DNA of 63,536 nt, the filler included, from Olpidium bornovanus S191 (taxonomy: Eukaryota; Fungi; Olpidiomycota), in the NCBI GenBank assembly GCA_017911155.1. It is 31 parts of 31 records of this genome, joined end to end, with 100 filler letters (N's around TTAATTAATTAA, not from the genome) between each part and the next. Parts side by side here need not be neighbours in the genome. Positions count along the whole stretch, not along the records: positions 25,103 to 26,577 come from JAEFCI010011117.1; positions 26,678 to 27,694 come from JAEFCI010006524.1; positions 27,795 to 31,891 come from JAEFCI010010514.1; positions 31,992 to 33,825 come from JAEFCI010010330.1; positions 33,926 to 36,486 come from JAEFCI010009151.1; positions 36,587 to 38,179 come from JAEFCI010010799.1; 25 more parts are not named here. One strand, given 5' to 3'. The translations under genes and the position numbers were made by a program. The notes below the pieces were generated by a model. That model was not told the origin of the DNA and made no database searches. It saw only the letters and a program-made list of their open reading frames with translations. How positions within the stretch are numbered: the stretch's first letter is position 1; the number at the start of each line of letters is the position of its first letter. This document shows positions 25,701-37,995 of the stretch, one piece after another.

Positions 25701-26679
25701 TAAGTAAGAATTGAACGCATTAATTATAATTCTGCCGGGAGCAACTCGCTCGGCGTCCTTCGGTGCGCCGACCGTTCAAGCTCGCCCCATCGACGCGTCG
25801 TCCATCGCCGCGTCGCCGATCGCCGCCCGTCGCCGACCCCTTTCCAGTCCCTCGTCCCCCGCCTGCCTCGCCCGACGCCTCCCCGAGCCCGGGCCGCCGG
25901 AGACGACGGAGGCCCGAGCCTTCGACGGCCACACCGCGGGCGACAGTCGAGCGATACCTCTTCGACTCGCGCCGACGAACTTGGTTTCCCCCTCGATGTG
26001 GCTTCCCTCCCCCATTCCCCCTTTCTCTCCCTCCAGCGACGCGCGAGCCGCAGCGGCCAAGACTGGGACTTCCCGGGGCCGGAGTGCATCTCCGCAAGCG
26101 CGTTTTTTTTTTTTTGCCGCCAAGACACAAATCACTCTTTAGCGCTTCGCGCAGGTTTGTCCCGCGAAAGCCTTCTCATCCCTGGTGATGAGGGGCGCGC
26201 GCGGGGTTTACTACGAAAACACGCGCCGGCAAACTGCAAAAGCAACGCAGCACCTTTCATTGCGGTGGCGCCTTCTTTTGCAGCTTGGAGAAATTTGCGA
26301 ATAATTCATCTTTGAATATATTCCAGTGTCTGTGTGGAAGCGGGTCTGATGGTGTGGTTGGTTATATGTCACACCAGTCGGCTGACTGCACACGGTGGGT
26401 CCCCCGGTTTGTCTAAATTTTTTCTGCCAATACTTTTTGTCAGGGTTTCCCGGGGCGCCGCGGAATGCACGCCCCCCTCCGCAAAAACCCCCCTGGCCCG
26501 GCAAACCGCAGACCCGCTCTCTCTCTTAACAACGTGAGTCGTCGCGGGGAGTGATCGCGTGAGTCGACCGCTTCATGNNNNNNNNNNNNNNNNNNNNNNN
26601 NNNNNNNNNNNNNNNNNNNNNTTAATTAATTAANNNNNNNNNNNNNNNNNNNNNNNNNNNNNNNNNNNNNNNNNNNNCG

Positions 26680-26778
<99 letters not shown>

Positions 26779-26818
26779 CCCCCCCCCTGCCCCCCCCCCC
26801 CCCCCCTCTGCACCCACA

Positions 26819-27129
26819 GCCATGACGCTGGTGATGGTGACCCACGACGTCCATCTGAAAAACTTCGCGCACCGCGTGGTCTATATGCGGGACGGCAAAG
26901 TGGCGAAGGAGGAGATCGTCAAGCCCGCCTGCCGGCAGCACGCCATCGCCGAGCTCTACGGGAAGCTGGGAACCGCCGACCGGCCGGGCCCGGCGGACTC
27001 GGACGCGTCGGCCGGCGGCGGCGGCGGCGGCCCGTCAAACACGCCCGCTTCGCCGGCGCCAAGGTGGGCGAAGACGGAGATCAGGGTTCCGAGGCAGTAC
27101 CCGACGTTTTCCGAACGCGCTTTTACCGG
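26819..27129 (+). CDS. ABC ATPase C-terminal exon, LolD/MacB/FtsE-like subtype (partial)
   Basis: MTLVMVTHDVHLKNFAHRVVYMRDGKV (H-loop VTHD plus RV..MRDG typical of LolD/MacB-type NBDs), bounded by a CAG acceptor and a GTGAGT donor. Confidence 0.8.
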
Positions 27130-28929
27130 TGAGTGGGTGCCGAGTGTGGGGTGTGTGTGTGTGTGCAGGGGCGGATTTCTCGAGAAGCCCGAGTTTTTCT
27201 TTTTCCGGCCACCTCGCCCCCTTCCTTTTTCTGGACTTTTTTTGTCGGGAGACGAAAGAGAGACCGGGGAACAAAAAGAGAAGGAAAAAAAAATGCCGAC
27301 TTCGCGCACCTTCGCGGTTTTTTTTTTCCTGCTGCTCCCAACCCGCGATCCCCAGCTTTCAGCTTTGCTGCCAAAGCCGTCTCTTGATCCGAGAAATTTT
27401 CAGGCAACGGGGGGAAGAGGGAGAAAGAGAGAGGAGGGCACCGCCTCTCGGCAGGTCACAGATGGGCGTTCGCCGGCGCTGGCAAAAAAACAAACCAACA
27501 CGTAACGTTGGATTGCCCAGAAAAAAAAAAATAATCGCGTCTGCCGGTCAAGACGTTTTGCGAGATAATTTGTCATGCAACGTTTTTAGAAAGGACATTT
27601 GCTTATTGCAGTGGTGACGGGCAGGTCGACCGTCCTCTTCGTAAATACCCAAAAAAGTATCCGCTGGCCCGCGCGATTTCCAATAAAAAGGGCCNNNNNN
27701 NNNNNNNNNNNNNNNNNNNNNNNNNNNNNNNNNNNNNNTTAATTAATTAANNNNNNNNNNNNNNNNNNNNNNNNNNNNNNNNNNNNNNNNNNNNCACCCC
27801 CCCCCCCCCCCCCCCCGGCGTAAAAGCGCGGAGCGGCGTCAGAGCAGAGTCGGGGCTCCGCCGCAAAAAAGGGCCGGAAAAAGAAAGTCCGACGGCCCCC
27901 CTACGATACTGCCCTGGGCACATTCACTCCTGTTCCGATTTTTTTTTTTTTTCATTTTTTTTTCTATTCCAAAAGGCTGGGCCCACCTGCTGGGTGTAAA
28001 ACCCGACTTCGATGCCGACCAGGACCTGGCCGCTCGGGTTGCGCTCAGCCATCCTCCTGCGTCCGCGAGGCGCTCGGCTCCGGGCAGCGGGGCTCGAGAG
28101 GGATCGCCGGGTAGAAAGTCGGTTCGCTCACGAGGCGCAAACGGCGGCTTCCGCGCGGCTTTCTCTCTCCGGTGCGGGACTCGCAGCTGCCGTTCGGCGA
28201 CGCGCGCGCGGGCGGGTTTCGCCGTCGCTTTTCGCGGGCAGGCGGCGATGAGATAAAACCCTGAGTTGGCCCGCGCCTTGCGGCTGTCTCGGCCTCTCCC
28301 GCTCTCTATCTCTCAGGGCAAACGCCTGCTGCCCTGGGTGTAGTCACGTGATCTGCACGTGAAACACAGCGCATCTGCCCCGCGAGTCGCAGAACAGCAA
28401 GCGGGAGGGGCCCGCGGGGAAGATTTTGGCGGGATTGAACCGCCACTTCCCGACGTCAAACCACGCCTTAAACCGGTGCCGCGCTGTCGCTCGGGGGATA
28501 ATGCACGGGCTTGTCCCCGCAAGCGGGAAAATACGGGACATGCAGTGCGCCTTCAAGGATCAAATCGCTGCCACCGTCGTGTTGTCTCCGTGACACTTGG
28601 CCAGCCGCGGAGGAAGTAATGTGGATTCCATCGGCGACTTCCCGATTTCAGTTGACTTGATGGTGCCTAATGATGATAGCGCGGCCATACGCGAGCATAT
28701 GCCGGGCAGCTCCCGAATCGATGATGACAGTATTCGTGGGAGCGTGGCAATCATCAATGGCGCGCGCCGGCTAATGCTCTTACGGGGGAGGCGTTGCGGT
28801 CCAATGTGTCTGCCGCTTCAGCTTGTTCGTTCTGTCGGCGCCGTTGTTCCCTTCGGGCGATGTTGCGTTTCCCTTGTTCCGGTAACCCCCGTGGTATACG
28901 AAACAAGTCGATTGACGACGCCGGCGGAG

Positions 28930-28997
28930 CTCAACTCGCCAGTGACGCCATGGCGTCTTCGAGATCCAAACATATCAATGTCAAGGGCAATAATTAA
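28930..28997 (+). mobile_element. Ty1/copia RNase H remnant
   Basis: LASDAMASSRSKHINVK matches the copia (A.N....RSKHID.+) motif. Short and degenerate. Confidence 0.55.
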
Positions 28998-30228
28998 AGA
29001 AAGTGCGAGCAGATGGGCCCAGTTGAACCGAGCGCACCACCTTCGTTGAGAATTTAGCCGCCATATTCACCAAGCCCTCTAGTTTTTTCAGATGGCAATT
29101 TCCTACAGTTCCGAAAGATCACTGGACTATGAGAACTGGAACCGGTTGGCGACATTGATGTGGGGTTTGATCGATGAACACACTTTAAACGAAAAAGCGA
29201 GGAAGCAAGAAACCCAAGGGCAAAAAACGCGGATAAAATGACCGTTGGGTACCCCTTGACCCAAGTGCACGCAGTGAGATGGGGTGCCACGAAGCAGGAA
29301 AGGGGAAAATGGGGTACACTCTGAGCACCAGCCCAGTTTGACCCCCTCTGTGCCAGCCGCTCGAAACACCGCCATGAACGGCGAGAAGCAGGTAGCTGCC
29401 ACACAGCCCGTAGAACGAATTTTTTGTCCCGCGCTGTATCGTGCCGTGGCTGCCTTCCTGGTCTCAATCTCGTCGGCGGGAAGAGCTGGAAGGGGGGGGG
29501 GGGGCGGGTCAGGCTGGGCGGCAAGAAAAAGGTGATCTGCATGGGGGTCGAACCGAGAAAGGGCTCTCTTGGCCATGAAAAACAGTTTTGAAGCCCTGCG
29601 TGCATTTGCGCATCTCTGCCGCGTACGCCCCCCGCCCGCCTGCGCAATCCAAGCGATCGGTCCAGGCACCAGGAAGTTCCCGCTTCCTGAAGTGGTTTGC
29701 ACTCGCTCGCCCAGGGCGGAGGTCGGCACGCGAGATTACCTCCCGATTGGCTCGCGGCTACGAGGCAAAAGGTATCCGCCGGGGCTCGCAAGTGCCCGAT
29801 TGCGCACGCAAACGCGGCAGTCGCGTCAGCCATCACACCGGCGACGACCGCTGCGACCCCCCACAGCGACACCCAACGCCATGACGACCACACCGACGAC
29901 CGCCGTGACGATCGGGACCCCGATCAACGAAAGACCGCTCTGCGCGCCGCGACTCCCGGAATCGCGCACGGGAACGCCGCCGTCCCGCGGGGGGAGCCAA
30001 ACCCAAACCCAGGACCCAAACCCAGCCCCCGGAAAATTTAAAATGAGATCACCTCAACATCCGTACTTCAAATACGGTGGCGGAACTTAAATCCGTTGCA
30101 AAAGTTGTCGGGGAAGATTCGATAAGTTGGGAGTGCAGGAAAAAACCAAGACAGCATAAGTAAGGCACGAGGCGGCTTCCGGGTCGAGGTTTACCAAAGG
30201 TTTCTGAGGCGCGAAAGGAAACTGCGGA

Positions 30229-30994
30229 ATGCGGCGTGCGCGCGAAGCTCTCGCCGTCGCCTTCCGGGCGGCCGGCGCGTCGGCCGCGTGCTGGCCGCGG
30301 CGCTTCCCTCTCTCCCGCGCGGGCGCGCCCGCGGCGCTCGGCGAGGCGCGGCACCGCCGCGACGTGCGCGGCTTCCGCGGCTCCGCCCGCCGTGCGTCAT
30401 TCTGGAGCACGCTGATGCAGACCGGGGCAGGACCCAACGCCCCCTTGAAGGGTAGCGTCCCCGACGTGCTGAAGGAAAAGGTCCTGCAGCTGAAGAAGAA
30501 CCCCGGCGGTGAGACCCGCGGACGCGTGCTGGCGCTGGTTCGCGACGGCCACGCGCGGGGGGCAACTGATCTGCCCTGTTTGGTCCACCGCCAATTGCGA
30601 CCGCAGATTCAACAGCCCTCAGGAAAGCGAAGGGGCCGGGGGTACGTTGCGGCCGACGTTGCGTTTTGTTGTGTCCTTCCTCCTGGGGTGATCACCGGAC
30701 GGAGGTGCCGCTCGTGAGGGCCCCGCACCTTAACGACTTCAGGAGCGGGACACCGTCCGGTTCTTCCAGCTGGTCCTCCAGGTTTCCGAGCTGGCCTCTG
30801 GGTGCACATCCCTTTCCCAGATACAAATGCGGACAGGCGACACCGCCTCTCGGTTTCGCGAAATGGAAAACGACGGCCTCATTTTGGAAGCGCCCGTCAG
30901 CGACGACGGGCTCGCGCTTCTCGTGACCCTGGACCCGAACGTTGGAAAGAAGTACGGGATGGCAGAACTGGAAGCTCCCATCAATTTCTCCTAA
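30229..30994 (+). CDS. Hypothetical 188-aa protein with a likely mitochondrial presequence. Exons 30229-30508, 30607-30641, 30743-30994
   Basis: Two GT-AG introns with consistent phases give an open product from ATG to TAA. Arg/Ala-rich N-terminus (MRRAREALAVAFRAAG..RGFRGSARRA), followed by ERDTVRFFQLVLQVSELASG..LLVTLDPNVGKKYGMAELEAPINFS*. Confidence 0.65.
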
Positions 30995-31366
30995 TTCTGC
31001 CGATTGTACTGCCGGTGCGAATAGGCAGTCAACCCGGCGCCGTGCGCAACAGTGCATTTAATCGAATGGTCACGGCCGAGGCGCCTGTTTGCGGTGAAAT
31101 CGGTTTTGCAAGACGACCCATCGGTTTGGGTAACTTGAAATGACAAAGCCTTGTGAAGGTAACAAAATCCAATGGTTTTTGCCGAAATGCTTACAATTTT
31201 TGGATTCCCCGGTCTACCTCTCGTGCGAAGAATGAAATCTCCATACTTGTGCGGGTGGTGTGATTTGTATGTAAAATGGGTGATTTAATTCCAGTTGCCA
31301 GATTTCTCTGATTTTCGAGCCTAATAAGGGAACACGAGTCTTCTGGAAAAGGCTTCCTTTATCTGA

Positions 31367-31891
31367 TCATGCCTTTACCATTTTCCTTGTCGGTGGTGTC
31401 GGACATTGCTTTGAGGCGGGACTTGCTGCCGTTGACGACATCGCTGTCGCGTCAGCTGAAGCCGCACTCGTCCCTGCCAGCGTGCAGGTGCCACCTAGCC
31501 GCATGCTGATTGACCGGGCCAACACCTTGGCCGCCCCAGGATATTCCGTTTCCATCCTATCAAGAGCTGTTCGCAAATCTGCGACCGCCTGCTGCGCAGC
31601 CTCACTTGTCGCTATTTCTCGGAGCTGCAGAGGGCCGGCCACGGTTTCCATCAGTTTTCCCCGGAGCATCTAGCCCACGGTCGACATTGGGGCCGGAGCG
31701 AAGGCATCGACCGTCACCTGCGCCGGCAAAAACTCAGAACACCCGGCGTTGGGCTCTTCCCCACCTGTTCGAACGCCGGCGTAAATATTCGGTTTATGAA
31801 GTCACCATCCGGTATTTCCTGTTGAAAGCCGAGCTGAAACGGGGGACGACCGGCACGGAAGAGGGTTGCGTCGACCTATATCAGACGCATG
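31367..31891 (-). CDS. C-terminal exons resembling the GCKIII (MST3/STK25/Sid1-type) kinase dimerisation tail
   Basis: FINRIFTPAFEQ|..AQQAVADLRTALDRMETEYPGAAKVLARSISMRL is similar to LSTIISPLFAEL..SIEELRGAIYLAEEACPGISDTMVAQLVQRL. The kinase domain is outside the contig. Confidence 0.5.
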
Positions 31892-32017
31892 NNNNNNNNN
31901 NNNNNNNNNNNNNNNNNNNNNNNNNNNNNNNNNNNTTAATTAATTAANNNNNNNNNNNNNNNNNNNNNNNNNNNNNNNNNNNNNNNNNNNNCATGCAAGT
32001 TAAGAATAGACAACGTA

Positions 32018-33013
32018 TTAAAACGGATTGACGGCGGCTTGTACTTTGAAGTACAGCTCGCCGGTGGCGTGTCGGGAGCGACTCCGACTTACGGCCGGCA
32101 ATAATAGTCTCGCCTGTGTCGACCTATGTAAAAGCATCCCATTGTTTAAGGCTGCTGCCAAGCGTATCGTAAGCAGCGAACCGTTCCGTACCGTGGATGA
32201 TCGTTTAGCGATAGTCTGCGCGAGCCGTTGCGATGGCGGGTTTGGCCGATCGCCCTGCGGTTCATAGTCGCCGTTGACCAGGTGCTCGCAGCCCAACTCG
32301 CTTTGGTCGCTGCTGCAAAACTTGTGGTTGTCCCCGTTGCAGCACCGAATGCAAAAGAGGCCAGCGTCCGGATCAACAAAGTTCACAAAGCGGGCGTAGC
32401 CGCTGCACGACAACCCAGTTTCCCCGTTCACGGCTGTTCGGCCCCAATTCTCCCGTCCCTGCTCGTATTTACTGGCGTGCGTGAAAAGACAGCAGTTATC
32501 GCCACGGGTTCCGCGCGCGCTTGCGCCGTACACGCGGTGGGAACGTCCGTACCGCTGGTCGATCCTGCCGGCGACCTGCACATATTCGCTGGATCTACGA
32601 AAATGCGCCGAGACGACGAACCCGCCCGGGAATTGCCTTGCTCCGGGAGCCCGACGAGCCGCTTCCGGAGTCGTGCAAAAAGCGACGGAGTCGCCCACAT
32701 TGCCTTCGACATCGTGCCCCAGATCCGAGGGAAGAAACATGCACCAGTCGGCGGGACTATCAATCACTATGATCGCCCGCCCGTTTGCATAAGAGAAATT
32801 TGGGGCGGACGATCAGTGTCTGGTTAGGGCCACTGCGGTGGCCAAATCTTGACGCACACTGGTCAGCACCGAGAAACAAGGCTAATGCAACAAACCTACT
32901 ACACGACCGTAAAGGCGGGCACCAAGCTCGCCTCCGTTACTGGGTCTAGCGAACGCAGAGGCGGCAGCGTTCGCAAGAAGCGCTGCGCTTCCCAGCGTTC
33001 TGGTCCAGCCCAT
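32018..33013 (-). CDS. Secreted Cys-rich protein of the fungal family often annotated 'macrophage activating glycoprotein'-like
   Basis: Exon 1 signal peptide MGWTRTLGSAALLANAAASAFA, then VIDSPADWCMFLP, AFCTT..PGARQFPGGFVVSAHF..YVQVAGRID, CSGYARFVNFVDPDAGLFCIRCC, CSSDQSELGCEHLVNGDY (8 Cys). 3' end structure uncertain. Confidence 0.75.
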
Positions 33014-33774
33014 CACGTTCGATCGCGCAGAAACCAACGAAGCGGGCGGAATTTCCGTCCCGGTTTCGCCAAACTTTTGGCGGAACGGCCGGGACGATGA
33101 CGGCGCTGTGATGCGCCCGCGGCAATGCGGGCTGGTTGTTCGACGCGGACCCACCCAGAAAGCCGCGGCGACCGGCAATCAGAAGGCCCGCCTGCGTACA
33201 CTGTGAAAATTCGCGGGAGGCAGTTCGTATGCTGGCACGACTGCAGTCTCTGAGACAACGCACGCCTACGGCCAAGGGATAGTAGATTTGAGAAAATCGG
33301 AGGCGAGTCGGCGACTGCCACTGCCAAGCCTTTCCTCCTATGACGGGAGAGCTTCAGGCTTGCGGCAATGCGGAGAGAGATTCGTGCGCCTCGGTTGGCT
33401 TTGCTTTTTTCCTCGGCGATAGCACCAGGGCCACTTTCAGGGTTTCTGATCTCGCTGCAACGCGTCCTTTGATTCGGACACCCAGCTGGTGTTTTGTGCA
33501 GCAAGGCAGGCCTGGTTCAAGTGTAATCGTAATCACCCACGAAGCACGCGTGTTATATGGTTAAGAAATTTCTCGCGGCCTCTGAGACGACCATTTGTGC
33601 CCCGCCAGCGGAAAGGAAGCCAACTTTTCTTCCCCCCCTCTCCGCGCGCCGCCCACCCCCGAACGCCGCCCACCCCCGCACACGCGCGCGCACGCGCTCT
33701 GGCCAGCCACACGCACGCCGCACGCACACGAAACACACGCAGCGCGCCCCGCCAACGTTCCCCAGCCCGGTGCG

Positions 33775-33807
<33 letters not shown>

Positions 33808-33925
33808 AACAACAAAAAAAAAAAANNNNNNNNNNNNNNNNNNNNNNNNNNNNNNNNNNNNNNNNNNNNTTAATTAATTAANNNNNNNNNNNNNNNNNNN
33901 NNNNNNNNNNNNNNNNNNNNNNNNN

Positions 33926-35632
33926 CATGTATGCCGACACGTCCCGCTGCAGGAGGAGAATGTCAAGGTATTTCCTGACGTTTTTCAGCTCACGGTCCAC
34001 GCCCGCGGTCCCGAAGGTGAAGTCGAAGGGCTTCAGAAGGAGGCAATTGTACGGCTGAAGGACGGCCTTTTCTACGGAATCGTCGATAAGTATCGTGTTC
34101 GATTGGTCCCACGCAGCAGAGGTCCTTCCCGGATACGGAACCTTGTCCCAGACAGCCCGGAGGTCCTTTATCGTGACGACCTTGCGCGCGTAGAGGTCTT
34201 CGGGAACGTCGCAGGACGACCTGTTCCAGACGGCAAGCAGGCGCTTGATCGCCCAGCTCGGGAAGGCTATATCAATCATCCGCCTGACGTTCCGCTCTGT
34301 CGCACTGGACCACACCATCACCTCAAAGTTCTTGAAAAGGTATTCTATGAAATCTCCCAAATTCGGCCTCAAATACCAGTCGAGCAGCTCGCCCTTCTCG
34401 GCACTGCGCTTCTGGAATATGAGGGTACCGTTCAAACCCAGCAAACACAGTTTGCGCTTGGGCCTCGAGAGCTCGCGCGGCTCACGGGAAGCCTGCGTGA
34501 TGTAGGAGTCCGATGGGCACTGCCTCCCCGGTATGGCTGACGCTAACTTCTGAGGAAAGGGTGCAACGTGTGTCGATTCCGAATCTTGCCGCTCGGGGTC
34601 GACCGAACAATCTCGAGGCCATCGCGGATCGGCCGGCTCTGTGGTGCCCATTTGTCTGTCATCCCTGCGTCCTCGACGATCGGAGGATGCAGTCCGGGCT
34701 GGGGAATGCCGACGACCCGAAGGACCGTGCTCGTATCGGCGGTGACTTCTGGCGCGGTCTCGGCAACTCCAGCGGTCGTACTCTGGCGCGCGAGCTTGCG
34801 GAGACAGGCGACCGCGGTAGGCGGACTTTTCGCGATAGTGTCGGTAACCGGGGCTGCTCCTGGATAGACGCACTTGGGGCGGCGGCACGATGCGGCGCGG
34901 GGTGGGCGACCGGCCGCTGGATTCGAGGTGGGACCTTGGCGCCACAGGTGGCGGCGAAGACAACGGCAGGCGCGCCAGCATGGCGCGTGGCGCTCTGGGC
35001 GGCGCCGGTTCGTCATCACGCGTCGGCGAGACGATCGCCGGCGCAGGGAAACCGGCGATTGGCGGGAAAGTGTACGAGCCCGCGGCCGGTGAAAACGGAT
35101 CGCCCGGCTGCTGCCATGCCGGAAACGGCGGCCACCAGCCGTCCGAAGGAAGCGGCACCGCGGGCGACAGCCCGTTCCCCACAAACCCTGCGGCGAACTC
35201 GGCGCCGAAGGGCGCAAAAGCCGCAAACCCGGACCATCCGCCTGGGTAGTTCATGATTCCCAGCGGCGGGCCGGTGGGGCTCGCCAACGGCGGCGGCGGG
35301 TCTCCGCCCCACACGCCGCCTCCGCCGCCGACGCCCGCCTGCATCATTTGCGAGGTCCCGTAAAGCGGTCCGCCAAGGGCGCACGCCCCGGCCGCGGCGT
35401 CTGTGTGATTTGGATGTGGGATGGTCCGAGCGCCGGCGGGCAGGAAAGCAACGGCGGCGGCGGCGGCGGCGGCGGCGGCATGCTCCTGGTACAAGCCGAC
35501 GGCCAGATCAGAGCCGCGCGGCGGGGCGGCGGCGGCGGCAGCAGCGCTTGCCGCTCCTCCTCCTCCTCCCCGGCGCGGCCTTCCTTGGGTGCCGGCCACC
35601 GGGCGCTTGTCAGGGCTCGCCTGGTCGAGCAT
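33926..35632 (-). CDS. FCP1/NIF (HAD-superfamily) domain protein with a long disordered N-terminus (3' truncated)
   Basis: RKLCLLGLNGTL..YLRPNLGDFIEYLFKNFEVMVWSSATERNV..IKDLRAVWD..WDQSNTILIDDSVEKAVLQPYN. Confidence 0.9.
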
Positions 35633-35792
35633 CGCACGAGGAGCGGCAGGGGGCGTGTGGGGAGGCGGGGCGGACAACGGAAAAGTCGCCTCGGCGGCGT
35701 TCTCTCTCCGCCTGGCGGGCGGGGAAAAAGGACGACAAAGACAAAGGAGGAACGGCCGCCCGCCACGCCGGCGCACTCGGGAAAGTTGCGCG

Positions 35793-35826
<34 letters not shown>

Positions 35827-37080
35827 TTCTCTCTCTTGGATCATGCTACGCTGGCGCCTGAGACAGTCGAAACGCTCTCGGGTCTCGAAGGTTGGTATCG
35901 CCAGTTTGGTAATCTTGTATCGCAGGTTCGACTCAAGTAAATAGCAGTACGCAGTAATGCAGGTTGTCACAAACCCATTGTTGTCACATCATTAAGCTAC
36001 TGAAATGCCTGAAATATATACTGTGCTTGGCAGGTACACCTGTTAGGTCAGCAAGTTAGCAGCAGGTTCAGGTAGCAGGTCAGGACCGCCGACACCTATT
36101 TGGTTGTAGGTTTCAGGTCTGCAGCAAAGTCTGGCGCTTTGGAATGCACACGGAAAAGGCTCATTGTTTTGCGGCTCGGCTGGCAAGCAGGCAGGAGGGT
36201 TGGCGCAGGCCAAAGAAAGCCGGTGACATCCCGCTATGCAGGCACGGGCATGGCATCGCATCCGTCCCCACAGTACGGGAGAAACAAGCCCGGGAAGCCG
36301 GGAGCGCGGGAATCCAATTGAGTCCGCTGGAATGGCCCAGCGAGTTCAAGGGCCCCCATTTTCAACATGCGGTATCAGCAATGATGCAAGGGTTCGGAGC
36401 TCCTTCTTCCAGCATTTTATTTATGGGGAGTTTACATATAAGGGCTCAAATGAGAAAATATTTACCGAGAGGGGACAATGGAAAAANNNNNNNNNNNNNN
36501 NNNNNNNNNNNNNNNNNNNNNNNNNNNNNNTTAATTAATTAANNNNNNNNNNNNNNNNNNNNNNNNNNNNNNNNNNNNNNNNNNNNGCATGCTCGTCGTC
36601 ATCGTCCGACTTAAACGCACCAGGCGCGGGCGCGGCTCGGCACTGCTTTGCCGGACAAAGAGCCGTCTGGGAAGGCATTATCGACGGCAGGAGAGTTTCC
36701 CAGGTCGGCCATCATACACGGTCCCGACGTTGAGATCCTCTGCAGTAGCAGGCCGGACCCCACGGGCAAAAAAAAGTGCTGGCCGTTCTAGTTACTGACA
36801 TAATGCTTTTATGCTCCCCTCGAGCTGCAAGGTTGCCCTGGACGGTGAAATGCGTTGTCCGCGGTTTACTGTTGTGACGTGTTCCGAGTTTGCTGTTGTG
36901 GTGTGTTACAAGGTGTGATTGCAGGTATTCCCGGGATAACATATTTCGCCTATGTGCTCTCGACTTTTTTCTTCATTGTGGCGGTCGGCCCCTAGGGACC
37001 TGGATCAGAATTGGCCGCTCTTTGACTTTCTCGTGCGTGCCGGGGCGTGGGGGGAGATGGGGGGGACGTAGCCTGAAACA

Positions 37081-37215
37081 AAGGGGTTTATGGGGGAGGT
37101 AGAGCACTGCGCCCTCCGGGTTTCACCCCTGAAATCCCCCTTAAAGCGGGATGAATTTCGGAATAGAGCAGCTCTTCCCGGGAGCTTCTTTCGACCCCGA
37201 ATTCAAAAAGTGGGG
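37081..37215 (+). repeat. Dispersed repeat family A, 3' part
   Basis: aaggggttt..gggaggtagagc..cacccctgaaatcccc..ggaatagagcagctc aligns with 49480-49610. Confidence 0.65.
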
Positions 37216-37509
37216 AAGGGGGTGGAAACGGTGGAGGATATGCCGTGGATTTTTGCATTCTGGCGGAGGACGGCTTGATTCTTGAACCGTAAAAAGTTTG
37301 GGCCTTACTTCCCTCGGCCCAAAATTCGGCGCGGAATAGCCAACCCAAACGGCGTATCGCAGTCTACGTCAACATTTAATGCACACAGAACGACCCGACA
37401 CACGCAGGTAACCGCGACACAAACGGCGGCAAGCAGTGTGCGTCCAACTACCGCTTACGCCTATGTTCTGGACACTTTTGCATGCCCGACAACTACCGAT
37501 CCCCGCCGA

Positions 37510-37675
37510 TCACCAAATATTTGCGAATTTTGGCCGAAAAATCGTCACAAAAAATTCCACGCAAATGGCATCACCATGCAACTACTGATCCCCCCACGGA
37601 TCAGCTTACTTCAAACATTTGCAAATTTTGGCCCAAAAATCTTCACGGAAAATCCCACGCAAATGACATCACGCT
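37510..37675. repeat. Imperfect ~100-bp-period tandem duplication
   Basis: aaatatttgcgaattttggccgaaaaatcgtcacaaaaaattccacgcaaatggcatcac vs aaacatttgcaaattttggcccaaaaatcttcacggaaaatcccacgcaaatgacatcac. Confidence 0.8.
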
Positions 37676-37995
37676 CGGTCCAGGGGCATTACACCCCACA
37701 ACCCCGCTGCCCCGCACCCGCTCCTCGGTGTTGTGAAACACGAAACCTCCACGACGACTTCCACGGGGACCCCCCTGCCATGGCGCCACAGGGACCCCCT
37801 CCGCCATGGCACCACGGGGACCTTCTCAACAACGGACAGGCTCCGTTTTCCAACACTCGGTGACCTGTCTCGATTCCACGCGTGAATCCGTTCCGCCGAG
37901 GAAGTTCGCTTTTTTGTCGCGGTTTCGCATAAAATAGGAAACGGGTGAAGAAACGTTCCGCAAAAAACAATGTAAAAAAAACGCTATAAAAATAG

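Noticed and set aside
26622-26941. Poly-Gly/Pro/Lys/Phe and SL/ER-repeat ORFs (also 14729, 48790, 53102, 54075, 60116, 61059)
   Set aside because: Translations of homopolymer and CT/GA tracts, whose lengths are probably unreliable in this assembly.
29054-29893. 279-aa ORF that looks like signal peptide + Cys-rich + TM
   Set aside because: Starts at GTG with an in-frame stop just upstream and no ATG. Overlapping frames are equally open in this GC-rich DNA, and I found no consistent splice model.
30642-30742. CCTTAAC branch point 11 nt before the acceptor, suggesting a U12 intron
   Set aside because: The donor is GTACGT (U2 type), and TTAAC also fits the U2 branch consensus.
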